DNA from: a bacterium
Lineage (GTDB): Bacteria > Hinthialibacterota > Hinthialibacteria > Hinthialibacterales > Hinthialibacteraceae
Direction: 5' to 3'
DNA length: 59,684 nucleotides
NCBI GenBank assembly: GCA_041946805.1
Contig: JBHGBC010000016.1
Coordinates: 1-59,684 of the forward strand
A program made the position numbers and the translations under genes. The number at the start of each line of letters is the position of its first letter. The stretch's first letter is position 1. The notes beneath the pieces are model-generated. The model saw only the letters and a list, made by a program, of their open reading frames with translations. It was not told the DNA's origin and did not search any database. This document shows positions 1 to 10,864 of this stretch, piece by piece.

Positions 1-3000
1 ATCCTCAAGGCCCGGTTCGATGAAATTAAACCGGGGGCTCCCAATGACGCCAACGCGTTGCTGGATCTGGGTGGGGTGACCTACCGTCTGGCAGGCTTCC
101 CGTTTGTCTTCAATACCGAGGACGCGGGATCCCGGGGCGGGACGGCGGCTGATCTGCTGCTGGACGCGGCGGGCACGCTGTATGGCCAACAATTCCGGAC
201 CCTTTCGGCCGACTTTGGCTCGTTCGTGACGGAAAGCAGCGCGCGCGACGTGATTCCCGACCAGGTCCGCATTGTGGCGGGGACGTTCCCTCCCGGTTTG
301 GGCGCGGGTGATGCGCGGGCGAACGACACGATCGAGGCGACCTGGTTCTATGTCATCAGCCCCGACGCGACCCTCAACGCCAACATCGCTCCCTCGCAAG
401 TCCGGAGCGTGACGTTGACCGCGCGCGATTTGTCCGGCCGGAAGACCGTGAAGCCCGTGCCGGTCGCGAAGGCGACGTTCATTCAACCGCTGGTGACCAT
501 TCTCAATTACGAGATCAACATTCCTAACCGGGGAATCGCCAATTCCGTGATTCAGCGGGATAGCAGCTATCTCGGCGGCGTGAACGACGGCGTCGCCTAT
601 CAGATCAGCTCGGCGACCTCGAACCTGAACAACGCGACCGTGTTCCTCGTCGCGAAGATCGGTGACGGCGTGTCCCGGGGCGGCCCGTTCACGCGTTCCG
701 AATTCATCAAGGCCGATTTCACCGCGCTGGGTGGTGGAGTGGTGCTTCCCATGCAGCTGACCGACTCGAACGGCAATCCGGTCACGGATGGTACTGGCAT
801 TGCTTCCGATAAGATTCTGTGGGCGACCTTCGTCGGCGGTCCCTTCACCGAGACCTCCGCGGATTCCGGCGCCAAGGCGGACAAGAAAGTCAAGGTGACC
901 GCCACCGCCGCCACGCTGGGCGTGGGCCTGGCCGAAACGGATGGGATCCAGGTCGATATGACCGCTCCCGACGTGCAGGTATCCCAGGTGGAGGAGATCG
1001 ACGAAAATGGACGGGAAACCAATCCGTTCGGCGATCTGCAGAACGATGCCGTGGTGCGTCCCGGCCAGGTGGTGTCGGTCACCGCGACCTTCGCGACGGA
1101 TCTGGCCGACCGGGCGAATCTGGACTTGATCCAGTGGACGCCTGATTTCAGTCAGTTCGGCGTCGGCATTTCCCCCATCGACGCCGGTTTGGACTTCCCC
1201 GGTGACCTGACAGCGGGCATCCGGTATACGTTCACCGTGCCCTTGACGGCGCAAACCGGTTTTGTCCGGGCCCTCATTACGGCCATGGACGCGGCGGGGA
1301 ACAAGGATTTGGGCCAGAGCGACATCGTGACGATCAACGCGTCGGCTCCGACCGTGCAATCCACGATTCTCTCGGCGTCCTCGGTGGTGAACTATGCCAC
1401 GGACAAAGTGCGGCCGAATCTGGAATACTACGAGGTCGGACGCCGCCTGGTTAACATCCCGGATGAACTGCTGCCTGACTTCCCATTGCCATCTGATCAT
1501 ACGTCTTGGCCGATGGTGCGTGCCGGGGATGAAATCAAGGTCGAGGCCGTGCTCAGCATCAATGACCCCGCGTTCTCGTCCCTGAACCTGAGCGCTGACT
1601 TCAGCGAGTTCTCGGGACCGGATTATGCCTCGGTGGTGCCGAGCACCACGCCGGTGGTTTCCGGTAACATCGTCCGGGCCACCTGGTTCCACCGCGTGCA
1701 AGCGGCGGGCAGTAACATCGTGAACGCCAGCGTCAAAATTCATGCCTCCAACCCCGCCGGCATCGTCGCCTCCGGGACTGTGACTCAGACTGTCCCCATG
1801 ACCGTCGACAAGACGGCTCCGGAAGTCGTGGGACAATTGTTCTACTTCGCGGGCAAGGATAATCAGCCCTTTACAGGTTCCGTGCTGAATTCGAATCAAG
1901 AATTCGTATTGGAAACTCCGGAAACGCATGATCAGGTTGTCATGCCTGTCACAGCCGCGTTGATTCTGACTGCGACGTGGACCGATACAAGCACAGAGTA
2001 TGGGTATCTCGATGGCGTAGTGGCGGCCCTGTTGAAAGACGGGAAATCGATTTCCGAAGCCATCGCCGAATTGTTCCGGCTGAATGACGCGGATGAAATC
2101 CTGGCCAGCGCGCCTCAACCCACGTTCTGGGTATTCACTGACAAGCAAGGCGTGATCACCGACCAGGGAAGCGCGACGGATGGACCGATCATCACCTCCG
2201 CCAGTTTCCCCGATCAAGCTGCGGTCGCCGAATCCTTCATTAAGAAAGGCACGCACTCCGTCCTCAACGTCTGGTACGGCGTTGATCCGCGCAACGGCGT
2301 GGGGAACAACACCCTAGCCCTGAAGAAAGTGGTGGCCAAGAATAATGCCCGCCTGATCTTCGAGGCGATGGATGTCATCGGTAACAAGTCGAGCTATGTG
2401 TTGCAGCCGCAGGTGACCATCGACGGCTCCGCGCCGGTTATTGCGTCTCGTTTCATCGGATCGGTGACGTTGGACGTGGCGGCGGATCAGGTGCCTTGGG
2501 TGAATTACATTCCGGCCATTTATTCGGGTGAAAACATTATTCGCCCGACCCGGGTGACCCAGGGCTCCAAGTTGTCCGCTAAGTTCTGGATGGGTGACGC
2601 TCCCAATCCGGATGCTCCACTGGCTTTGGGTATCGTCGGAACAGATGCCGCCAAGAATGTGAAGGCGGCCAACATCACCATCGTGTCGCCCACGGAAAGC
2701 GCAATCACGGGGAACTTTACGCTCGCCAAGGGCGGCGCCAAGGAGCCGGATGGCAACAGCCTCGGCGTGTTGATCGATCCATCGCAAATTCCTGGTGATG
2801 CGTTCTTCGTGCAAGTGGACTTCACGGTGAATGCCGATAAGGAGACCAACAATCCCGATATTTCGACGTTCCCGTATAACACCAGTAGCGTCGGCAACGC
2901 CCTGAGCCCGGCGAACTACAACACCGTTCCGGCCAATCTCTCTTCCATCATCTTTGACGCGACGGATCAGGTTGGCAACACGGTCAGCGGCGTCAAAGCG

Positions 3001-6000
3001 TTCAATGGCGTGGAAGTTGACATGCAAGGTCCGGGCTTGATTCACCAGACCATCGTTCTGGCGGGCGACCTGGATCAGGTCAACGCATTGAACGGCGCTC
3101 CCGCGGCGATTCCACAAGGGCAGGCGCTCAGCGCCCGGGCCGGCAACTGGATCATCTGGTGCGCCACCTACGTGGTGGATGGCACCGAGGACGGTTACTT
3201 CCCGCTGGATCAGTTCGACATCAACTGGACAGCCAAACTGGAGTTCGATGTGGACCGCCTGGTTCCGAACTCCAACGTGAAAGGCAAGAAGTATTTCGTC
3301 CAGTCAGCGACCCGGTCGATCATCTTCGTGACCAACGCGGTCCAGGTGAAGAGCGATGCGGATCCACGTGATCCGGCCCAGTTGACAGTCAGCGCGTACG
3401 ACTTCTTCGGGAACAAGACTGAAACGACTTCTCCGTTTATCGGCATCAGCTCCGGCGGACCCATCGCGACCGAGATCACGTTGACCGTCGATGGCAAGTC
3501 GCAGCAGATTGTGGGCGGCTCGAACCTGGGTATCGGCGCGCAAGGACCCGATATCAAAACGACGGCGTTTGAAATCTATCCGGGCGCGAAACTGGTGGTC
3601 GAAGCGACGATTACTCCGATCAATGGTGAGGCGCCGGATACAATCCTGCTCGATGTGAGTGACTTCTATCCGGCGGGTCTGAAGCCCATGGTCGATGAAG
3701 TTCCGCCGTCCGAACAAATCCTGACCACGGCGGGCACGATTTACGCCAAATGGGAAAATGTGACCTATGACTTCAAGGGCGTGACCGACGATCCATTCCC
3801 GGCGGCCGCCCGCTTGGATGCCAAGGCGGCGAGTACTTGGTTCTTCGACCAGAGCAACCTGAATTACATCCTGTTCGGTTTGCAGGTGCCCGTGGGCACG
3901 CATCCCAGAGACGTGGGTGGCATCAGCTTCAACGGGCCGGTGGATGGCTCCGTGCCGACCTCCAGTATCGTGATCGGCGGTGCTTCCGCCGAAGCGGGTG
4001 CGACAGGGCGTGGCGGCGCGTATTTCTACGCGGTCGATGGCGATCCCGAATTCCTGCCGACCATTTCCCTGCAGGGCGCTCTGGATAACCTGATCGGATT
4101 GCCTCTGATCACAGTGCAGCCAAACGCTCTCGCTAAACGCGTGGCTTGGGTGACCGTAACCGTTGACGATGAGACCTCGCTTTTCGCGCAGGAGAAAAAT
4201 TATTCCACCTTCTTCACTGTGGATACTCGTCCTCCGCGAGCGAGCTATGTGTACAACGTGGAATCCCGCGCACTGCCTCCCGCAGTGGTGGATGAGAATG
4301 GATTCCCCGCGGCGGTCAACACGGCCAAACTGCGCGACAACACGTTGCCTCGCGTGCGCGGCGGTGACGCCGTGGCGGTGATCGTCGAAATCACCAATGC
4401 CATGATCGATAAGACGGGGAACGACCTGTTCCGTCCATTGCCGGGTCTCTTCCCTGAGAATCTCGAGGACGCGTTCTTCGCGATCGAGGCTGGAAACAGC
4501 GCCTCCATCGGGGATGTGACCGCCGATCTCGCCGAGCTGTCCTCGGCGGTCGGCATGGACAACGTGTCGGGCAACGCGGCGCCGAACGAAATCGCGATCA
4601 CTTCGCGCGGCGAGAATCAACCGGATAAGATCCTGGCGACCTACCACGTGCAAGTCACGCCGGACAAGGGGAACACGGTTGTGACCTCCAACCTGGCCCG
4701 GTCCGTGACGCCCACGGTGGTGGATGACGCCGGCAACGCGCCTCGCAACACGGCGTACACGACTCAAACCCTGCGGTCCATGACTCCCATGGCCGTGGAT
4801 AACACGCCGCCTTCCATTAGCGGCAACGTCGAAGTGGTCCTGCTGGATGGTTCGGCCACCACGCCGGGACCCAACCCGCAACAGCTGGGTCCGGGCTCCG
4901 TGGTTCCCGATGGCTCGGTGATCGCGGCGGGCGCGCTGTTGTCCGTCACGGTGCAAGTCACTGACCTGGTGGATCATCCGCTGGACATCGTCAACGCCCT
5001 GAACTACGGCGAGACCGCGCTCCGCACGCAAGGCCTGAAGGTGGAGCCCGCCAACATCGCGCTCATCAAGGAGAACGCCAAACTGAGCGGCGGCAGCGAT
5101 TCGATTCGCGTTCCGTTCACCGTTCTGGTACCCTCCGCGGAAGACGGCAAGAGCACGTTCGCCTTCAAGTTCATCATCGAGGCGACGGATACCATCGGTA
5201 ACGGCGCGTCCCGCGTGTCCATCGAGTCCTTCTCGTTCGACGCGAATCCGGATGTGACCTTCGCCGATGCAGGCGGCAACACCCTGGCTGAACCCGTGGT
5301 GGCCATCGCCAACGCCGGCGCGCCCTTCAACCTCAGCGCCAACGCGCTCGATGTGGGCGGCATCAAGTCGGTGCAGTGGACGGCGGATACCACCTCCGAG
5401 GGTGTAGGCATTACGTCGGTCGATGAAGACGGCACCACGCATGATGATCTGCTGTGGACCGTGGATCCGGCGCGTCAGCGCGCCCGTCTCGACCTGGTCG
5501 TGAACGCCCCGGTCAACGCCGCGGCGATCAATCCGGTCCTGGCGAAGGTGCTGGCCGTCGATATCGAAGACAACGAAAACCTGAACGCCGAGCAGACGGT
5601 GACCATCAACATCAACCAGCCGCCGATCATTGCGGATTCCCTCGCCTTGACGGAAACCAACGACGCGGCTCAGGTGACTACAGTGGATCTGGTGGCTCCG
5701 GAAGCCGGCCTGGGTTACAACACAGCCTTCGCGGATATCCGCGAGGTCACCATCGCCGAAGGTTCGGTGATGAATCTGGATATCGTGGCGACTGACGCGA
5801 ACGGCGACCCGATCGTCTTCTCCGCGACAGGAACCGCGATGACCACCGAAAACGTGGTCGGCACGCTTACTGACAACGGCGACGGCACGGGCGCCTTCAG
5901 CTTCGCGCCTGGTTATCTGGCCGTGGTGGGCGACAACGAGGCCGCGCAATTCGAACTCGACCTGTCGGCGCTGGGCACCAACAACATTGCGCCGGATACC

Positions 6001-8097
6001 ATGAAGCTGCTGGTCAACGTGACCGCCAAGTCGGCCACGCCGGTCATCACCGTGGTGTCCGCGTCGGTGAATGATGTCGAAGTGCCGGTTGACCGCGAGC
6101 AGATCCAAGTGATCGAAGGCCAGACGCTGAAGATGCTGGTCCGCGGCGTGGATCCGGGCAAGGAAACCACGCTGAGCATGGATGTTCCGACCAACCCCGA
6201 AGGCGTGGTCTTCTCGAAGACGATCACCAGTATCGAACAGGGCACCATCGAAGCCCAGATCGAATATACGCCTGGTCCGACGGACGCCGATGTGCAGCTG
6301 GTTGGGTATGACAGCGCGATCGATCCGTTCGTCTTCCAGTTCCAGGTGAAGAACGCCTCGGCCGAAGCGGAACTGCTGCGGACCGTGGATATCATCAACG
6401 AGAGCCAGGCGCCGCTGGTGCAGACGACGGCGTCGGTGAACGGTGGTACGCCGGTGACGTTGGCGGACGGCGGCAGTGTAACCGCGAATCCGGGTGAGTC
6501 GGTGGTCTTTAACATCAAAGCCACCGATCCAGACGGCGATGCGGTGCAATTCCCGCAGGATCCGATCGTGACGGCGGGTGCTGGTTTCACCACGGCCTTC
6601 CAGGTGACCAACATCCAGGCCTTCTTCATCGAATCGATGCTGACCATCGGTATCCCGGCGGAAGTGGCCACGGAAGACAGCCTCGTGGCGATTACGTTCA
6701 CGGCGACCGATATCACCAATCAGTCCCGTACGGTGCAATACACGATTCAAGTCCAGACGGGCGGCGTTATCACTCCAATCGACGAGCTGCTCGTGGCGCA
6801 AGGCGACGGCGGTATCACCACCGTCAACTACAGGAACCTGGACGCGGGCGTGACGGAGATCGATGGCAAGACCGTGGCGGTCACCTCGGTTTACCGTGCG
6901 TTCGCCGGCTCGGCGGGGACCTTCGCCGCGCGTAACGGTGGCGGCCTCGGCCGTGCGACCTACGTGGCCAACGGCGATGTCAACGGCGATGGCCTGGTGG
7001 ATACGCTGGTGACCGTGGGTCCGGTGAAAGCGGGTCCGGGTGAGTTCAACTACCCGAACATCGTGATTCCGCGCGAAGCGGATGTGACCAATGGCGTGAT
7101 CGGGCATTCGTTCATGGCCTTCCCGGTCGGAACGGATGATCTGCCGGTGAACTACAGTGGCGGTGAAGTACGCGCCGTCATCGGGAACTTCCTCGGCACG
7201 ACTCCGGCCCAGATCGCCGTGGCGCAAGGATTCGGCGGCAAGCACGTTGTCCGTGTCTATCAATACACGGGTGAGCCCGCCCCCAACGGATACGGTGTTG
7301 TGGCTCAGTTCACCGGTTTGGTTGGTGGTGCGCAAACCAATAACGCGAACGGCGGAATGGTCCTGGCGGCCGGTGACCTCAACGGCGACGGCAAGGATGA
7401 TCTGGTGATCGGCCAGACCAACAGCGAGACGTCCCGTACGCAGTTCCAGTCGGTCAGCTTCAATGAAGATGGCTCGATCGCCAGCCGCGCCTCCGGCGTC
7501 GCCTTCCCGCGGAAATTCCAGGGGAACGGTGGTGTCGAAATGGCGGTGGCGGATCTGGACGGCAACGGCCTGAACGAGATCGTCTTCACGAGCGCCGGCA
7601 ACACGCGGGACTTCCCGGATGAAACCGAGGATGGACGGAACACCGCTCCCCTCAGCGTCATGACCGTGATGATTCCGCAGCTGGATTCCCAAGGCAACGT
7701 CCACGAGTTCGTGCGCGCCACGGGTATCCCAGTGATCAAGGTGTACAACGACGAAACCAACCCCTCGGGCGCGATGAGTGTGGCGGCTCTCGAGGCGGAC
7801 GGCGACGCGGCGAACGGCAGCGAGTTGGTGGTGGGCACCGGCGCGGTCTATCAGATCAACGGATTTGATATCACCGCGGTCAATCCCGCTCCAACCGCCA
7901 AGTACAGCCTCGTCAAGCTGGGATTCGATGGCGCCAACATCACCGGCCTCACCGCGGTGACCGGAATCGGCGGACAGCCCGCGGTTGGGCGGAACGCCTT
8001 CCCGGAGGATCTCGATCCGACCAGTGGCGCGATCTTCGTGAGCGGTGGCAACACCGATGGCCCCGGCTCGGGCGTGAATTCAACTCCCACCGAATAA
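1..8097 (+). CDS. Giant secreted/surface protein (>2698 aa, 5'-truncated by the window): Ig-like repeats, cadherin-like modules and a C-terminal FG-GAP/VCBS-like domain
   Basis: The frame is open from base 1 (ILKARFDEIK...) to TAA at 8095-8097. Recurrent D-x-x-(A/P/G)-P ... D-x-x-G-N pairs (DMTAP/DAAGN, DKTAP/DVIGN, DGSAP/DQVGN, DTRPP/DDAGN, DNTPP/DTIGN). Cadherin-like ATDANGD and ATDPDGD. Ca-binding FG-GAP loops GDVNGDGLVD, GDLNGDGKDD, ADLDGNGLNE. Confidence 0.8.
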   Translation: MLKARFDEIKPGAPNDANALLDLGGVTYRLAGFPFVFNTEDAGSRGGTAADLLLDAAGTLYGQQFRTLSADFGSFVTESSARDVIPDQVRIVAGTFPPGLGAGDARANDTIEATWFYVISPDATLNANIAPSQVRSVTLTARDLSGRKTVKPVPVAKATFIQPLVTILNYEINIPNRGIANSVIQRDSSYLGGVNDGVAYQISSATSNLNNATVFLVAKIGDGVSRGGPFTRSEFIKADFTALGGGVVLPMQLTDSNGNPVTDGTGIASDKILWATFVGGPFTETSADSGAKADKKVKVTATAATLGVGLAETDGIQVDMTAPDVQVSQVEEIDENGRETNPFGDLQNDAVVRPGQVVSVTATFATDLADRANLDLIQWTPDFSQFGVGISPIDAGLDFPGDLTAGIRYTFTVPLTAQTGFVRALITAMDAAGNKDLGQSDIVTINASAPTVQSTILSASSVVNYATDKVRPNLEYYEVGRRLVNIPDELLPDFPLPSDHTSWPMVRAGDEIKVEAVLSINDPAFSSLNLSADFSEFSGPDYASVVPSTTPVVSGNIVRATWFHRVQAAGSNIVNASVKIHASNPAGIVASGTVTQTVPMTVDKTAPEVVGQLFYFAGKDNQPFTGSVLNSNQEFVLETPETHDQVVMPVTAALILTATWTDTSTEYGYLDGVVAALLKDGKSISEAIAELFRLNDADEILASAPQPTFWVFTDKQGVITDQGSATDGPIITSASFPDQAAVAESFIKKGTHSVLNVWYGVDPRNGVGNNTLALKKVVAKNNARLIFEAMDVIGNKSSYVLQPQVTIDGSAPVIASRFIGSVTLDVAADQVPWVNYIPAIYSGENIIRPTRVTQGSKLSAKFWMGDAPNPDAPLALGIVGTDAAKNVKAANITIVSPTESAITGNFTLAKGGAKEPDGNSLGVLIDPSQIPGDAFFVQVDFTVNADKETNNPDISTFPYNTSSVGNALSPANYNTVPANLSSIIFDATDQVGNTVSGVKAFNGVEVDMQGPGLIHQTIVLAGDLDQVNALNGAPAAIPQGQALSARAGNWIIWCATYVVDGTEDGYFPLDQFDINWTAKLEFDVDRLVPNSNVKGKKYFVQSATRSIIFVTNAVQVKSDADPRDPAQLTVSAYDFFGNKTETTSPFIGISSGGPIATEITLTVDGKSQQIVGGSNLGIGAQGPDIKTTAFEIYPGAKLVVEATITPINGEAPDTILLDVSDFYPAGLKPMVDEVPPSEQILTTAGTIYAKWENVTYDFKGVTDDPFPAAARLDAKAASTWFFDQSNLNYILFGLQVPVGTHPRDVGGISFNGPVDGSVPTSSIVIGGASAEAGATGRGGAYFYAVDGDPEFLPTISLQGALDNLIGLPLITVQPNALAKRVAWVTVTVDDETSLFAQEKNYSTFFTVDTRPPRASYVYNVESRALPPAVVDENGFPAAVNTAKLRDNTLPRVRGGDAVAVIVEITNAMIDKTGNDLFRPLPGLFPENLEDAFFAIEAGNSASIGDVTADLAELSSAVGMDNVSGNAAPNEIAITSRGENQPDKILATYHVQVTPDKGNTVVTSNLARSVTPTVVDDAGNAPRNTAYTTQTLRSMTPMAVDNTPPSISGNVEVVLLDGSATTPGPNPQQLGPGSVVPDGSVIAAGALLSVTVQVTDLVDHPLDIVNALNYGETALRTQGLKVEPANIALIKENAKLSGGSDSIRVPFTVLVPSAEDGKSTFAFKFIIEATDTIGNGASRVSIESFSFDANPDVTFADAGGNTLAEPVVAIANAGAPFNLSANALDVGGIKSVQWTADTTSEGVGITSVDEDGTTHDDLLWTVDPARQRARLDLVVNAPVNAAAINPVLAKVLAVDIEDNENLNAEQTVTININQPPIIADSLALTETNDAAQVTTVDLVAPEAGLGYNTAFADIREVTIAEGSVMNLDIVATDANGDPIVFSATGTAMTTENVVGTLTDNGDGTGAFSFAPGYLAVVGDNEAAQFELDLSALGTNNIAPDTMKLLVNVTAKSATPVITVVSASVNDVEVPVDREQIQVIEGQTLKMLVRGVDPGKETTLSMDVPTNPEGVVFSKTITSIEQGTIEAQIEYTPGPTDADVQLVGYDSAIDPFVFQFQVKNASAEAELLRTVDIINESQAPLVQTTASVNGGTPVTLADGGSVTANPGESVVFNIKATDPDGDAVQFPQDPIVTAGAGFTTAFQVTNIQAFFIESMLTIGIPAEVATEDSLVAITFTATDITNQSRTVQYTIQVQTGGVITPIDELLVAQGDGGITTVNYRNLDAGVTEIDGKTVAVTSVYRAFAGSAGTFAARNGGGLGRATYVANGDVNGDGLVDTLVTVGPVKAGPGEFNYPNIVIPREADVTNGVIGHSFMAFPVGTDDLPVNYSGGEVRAVIGNFLGTTPAQIAVAQGFGGKHVVRVYQYTGEPAPNGYGVVAQFTGLVGGAQTNNANGGMVLAAGDLNGDGKDDLVIGQTNSETSRTQFQSVSFNEDGSIASRASGVAFPRKFQGNGGVEMAVADLDGNGLNEIVFTSAGNTRDFPDETEDGRNTAPLSVMTVMIPQLDSQGNVHEFVRATGIPVIKVYNDETNPSGAMSVAALEADGDAANGSELVVGTGAVYQINGFDITAVNPAPTAKYSLVKLGFDGANITGLTAVTGIGGQPAVGRNAFPEDLDPTSGAIFVSGGNTDGPGSGVNSTPTE

Positions 8098-8122
8098 TTG
8101 AGCCGGTAACGACGTACATCAT

Positions 8123-8162
8123 GGGCGGGGAAGCCGAAAGGCTCCCCGCCCGTTTTCTTTTT
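8123..8162 (+). terminator. Rho-independent terminator after the giant surface protein gene
   Basis: GGGCGGGGAAGCC-GAAA-GGCTCCCCGCCC hairpin followed by GTTTTCTTTTT, about 25 nt after the stop. Confidence 0.85.
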
Positions 8163-8188
8163 GTGTATGATTTCCGGTTATCGGACTG

Positions 8189-10426
8189 ATGAAAATGGAG
8201 TTTGGTGGATTGGTTATGAGTTTTCCAACCCGGATCTGGATCAACCTGTTGGGCTTGGCGGCCGTCTTGTCACTGGCCGGTTGCGGCTCGAAACCCGTTT
8301 CCGTGGATACTGGATATGATTTTCTGTTGGGATTGGATACCGCCGAGGTCGAAACCCCCAATCCCAATTTTGTCCACCCGGCTTTCTCCGAAATCGCGGA
8401 TGTCCCGCATTGGGGCATCTACCAACACGCCCCCAGCACGGTGACCTTCCGGGACGTGTATGTCGGGGAACAAGGGGAAATCACATTTTCGATCGGCATC
8501 CTGCCGGGAGCTTGGAACCACACGGGGGATGGGGTGCGTTTTGAAATTTCGGCGATTCCGGATCGGCAAGACGAATTGCCTCTCTATTCCCGCTATATCG
8601 ATCCCAAATCGACTCCGGAGCACCGGGCCTGGCTGGATGAGACGGTCTCTCTCGCGGCCATTAAAAACACCACCGCGGCGTTTATTTTCAAAACCCGTCC
8701 GGGAGCGGAAGAATCATCCTCCGACAACAACAGCGATTGGGCCGTGTGGGGCAATCCCCAGTTGACCTCGAGCGGCCGGAGCACGGCGGTCCATCCCGGC
8801 AGGAAGACCAACGTGCTTTTAATCACCGTGGATACCTTGCGGGCCGATTATCTTTCCTGTTACGGAAATCCGTGGATTGAAACCCCCACGATCGATTACA
8901 TGGCGAAGAACGGAGTGCTTTTCGAAAACTGCTACGCCGCCAGTTCCACAACCCTGCCGTCGCACGCCTCGATCCTCACCTCGCTGCGGCCTTATGAACA
9001 CGGTGTCATCAACAACAACTACCGCCTGGCGGAAGTGGTTCCCCGTCTGCCCCAAATCATGCGCGAGAACGGTTATAAAACCGGCGCCGCCATCAGTGTG
9101 TACCATCTCTTGAACGACATTTCGGGCCTGGGCGAGTGGTTCGATTGGTATGAACATGTCGATTGGCGGGGAGAAAACGGCACATTCGAAGAACTGACCC
9201 GGCCGGCTTCGGCCACCACCAATGCGGCTATCGGATGGCTGGAGAAAAATCACGGCCATCCGTTTTTCCTATGGGTGCATTATTACGATCCTCACACGCC
9301 GTATGAAGCGGATGGCGAGTTCCATCGTAACTACTACCCGGGCGATCCCCGCGATCCCGCGCATCAATCCATGGCCGATGTTCTCTTCCATCAAAAACTC
9401 CCCCCCTCGTCGTTCGATTGGATCCGGCCCTACACGGATCTCGAGTACTTCAAACGCGAGTACGGCGCGGAAATATCCTACATGGATTTTCACCTCTCGC
9501 GCCTCCTGTTCACCTTGGAAAACCTGGGGCTGGATCAGAACACCCTGGTGGCCCTCACCGCGGATCATGGAGAGAATCTCGGCGACCATGCGATCTATTT
9601 CGATCACTGGACGATGTACAACTCGGATCTGCATGTGCCCCTTATCCTCTTTTTCCCCGGCCGGCTCCCCGCGGGAACCAGGGTCAAGGATCTCGTAACC
9701 CATATCGACATCGCCCCCACCCTCCTGGATCTGCTCGGTGATACCGATAACTTCCTGGCCAAGAAGATGTTCGAGGGGATCTCTCTCCGGCCTCTCTGGG
9801 AAGGAAAGACCGCCCCGGAGGAGAGGATTTTCACCGCCGATGGCCTGTTGTATACCGCCATGGCGGGTTGGGACAGCCGCTACAAGGTCATCTGGGAATT
9901 GCGTGACGCGGTGTATCATGACCGCTTTCACCTGGAACAGGACCGGGTCTGGATCCTGGACCGATCTACCGATCCGCTGGAGTCGAATCCCGCAGCTTGC
10001 TTTTATTGGGGAGACGAGAGCGAACGCCAGGCCTTCCAGGAACGTGTCAAAAAGGCGGCCGGGGAAATCATGGACGTGGATGAAGAAGCCGCTCAGGAAG
10101 AGAAATTGCTGAAAATCATGGAGTTGACCCGGCAACGGGCCGGACAGAAAAAGGTCCCCTCGCCGGAAGAACTGCTGTCCTGGACCGCCGGAGGGAAAGC
10201 CGGAGTCTTCTTGAAAGAAGTCTATCAGCGGGATCCCGAATTTCTGCCGCGAGTGCTGAAAATCATGACCGTGATGCGCGACCGGGTCTCTCCGCCTCCG
10301 CTCAAGGAAAAACTACGCGCGGTGATGGATATCACCGACCTCGAGGAGAACCGCATGATCAGCAATCCCCTCTTCGGCGGCCGTCTGCGGGACGCATTGC
10401 AGGGATTGGATTATGTCCACGAGTAA
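8189..10426 (+). CDS. Sulfatase-like (alkaline phosphatase superfamily) lipoprotein
   Basis: Lipobox LSLAGC; NVLLITVDTLRAD; TLPSHASILTS; FLWVHYYDPH; TADHGE; DIAPTLL. The start may be 8216. Confidence 0.85.
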   Translation: MKMEFGGLVMSFPTRIWINLLGLAAVLSLAGCGSKPVSVDTGYDFLLGLDTAEVETPNPNFVHPAFSEIADVPHWGIYQHAPSTVTFRDVYVGEQGEITFSIGILPGAWNHTGDGVRFEISAIPDRQDELPLYSRYIDPKSTPEHRAWLDETVSLAAIKNTTAAFIFKTRPGAEESSSDNNSDWAVWGNPQLTSSGRSTAVHPGRKTNVLLITVDTLRADYLSCYGNPWIETPTIDYMAKNGVLFENCYAASSTTLPSHASILTSLRPYEHGVINNNYRLAEVVPRLPQIMRENGYKTGAAISVYHLLNDISGLGEWFDWYEHVDWRGENGTFEELTRPASATTNAAIGWLEKNHGHPFFLWVHYYDPHTPYEADGEFHRNYYPGDPRDPAHQSMADVLFHQKLPPSSFDWIRPYTDLEYFKREYGAEISYMDFHLSRLLFTLENLGLDQNTLVALTADHGENLGDHAIYFDHWTMYNSDLHVPLILFFPGRLPAGTRVKDLVTHIDIAPTLLDLLGDTDNFLAKKMFEGISLRPLWEGKTAPEERIFTADGLLYTAMAGWDSRYKVIWELRDAVYHDRFHLEQDRVWILDRSTDPLESNPAACFYWGDESERQAFQERVKKAAGEIMDVDEEAAQEEKLLKIMELTRQRAGQKKVPSPEELLSWTAGGKAGVFLKEVYQRDPEFLPRVLKIMTVMRDRVSPPPLKEKLRAVMDITDLEENRMISNPLFGGRLRDALQGLDYVHE

Positions 10427-10864
10427 AAAGATCGTTGATCCTGAGAGGCTCCCACCCGGTTATAGGGCCTTTTGGCAATCAAACCCGGCCGGTTTCGATT
10501 CCAAGACGGCCCGGCCGGATGTCAACTCACTTTCGTCAATGTCCTCCCGGTAAACGCGGGGATTCATGAAAGGAAAAGTGACGTCCGGCATGTCCGGACT
10601 TGAAAGAATGAAGATTATTCTCTCCATTTCCGTTTTGCGGGAGGACACAGGGATCCGCCTCTGCAGAATTCCCTCACCCAGGCGCTCTCCCAGAGGGCTG
10701 ATCTCTACCCAATTGTCCTATCAGGATGTCATTCCCACGAGAGAGGGGATCCAGGCGGAGCAACGGGAATCCCACGGAGATGAAATTCTCCGGCATGATC
10801 AGGACTTCCGGGTACAGATCAGCCTAGAGGGAGAGGGAATTATGGGTTGATACAAAGTAGCATT

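Noticed and set aside
3304..7704. 1466-aa antisense ORF, and similar long shadow ORFs at 12280-13737, 18057-20519, 52241-53575 and 56810-58636
   Set aside because: They mirror well-supported genes on the opposite strand in GC-rich DNA, with no motifs and an unnatural R/H/G-rich composition.
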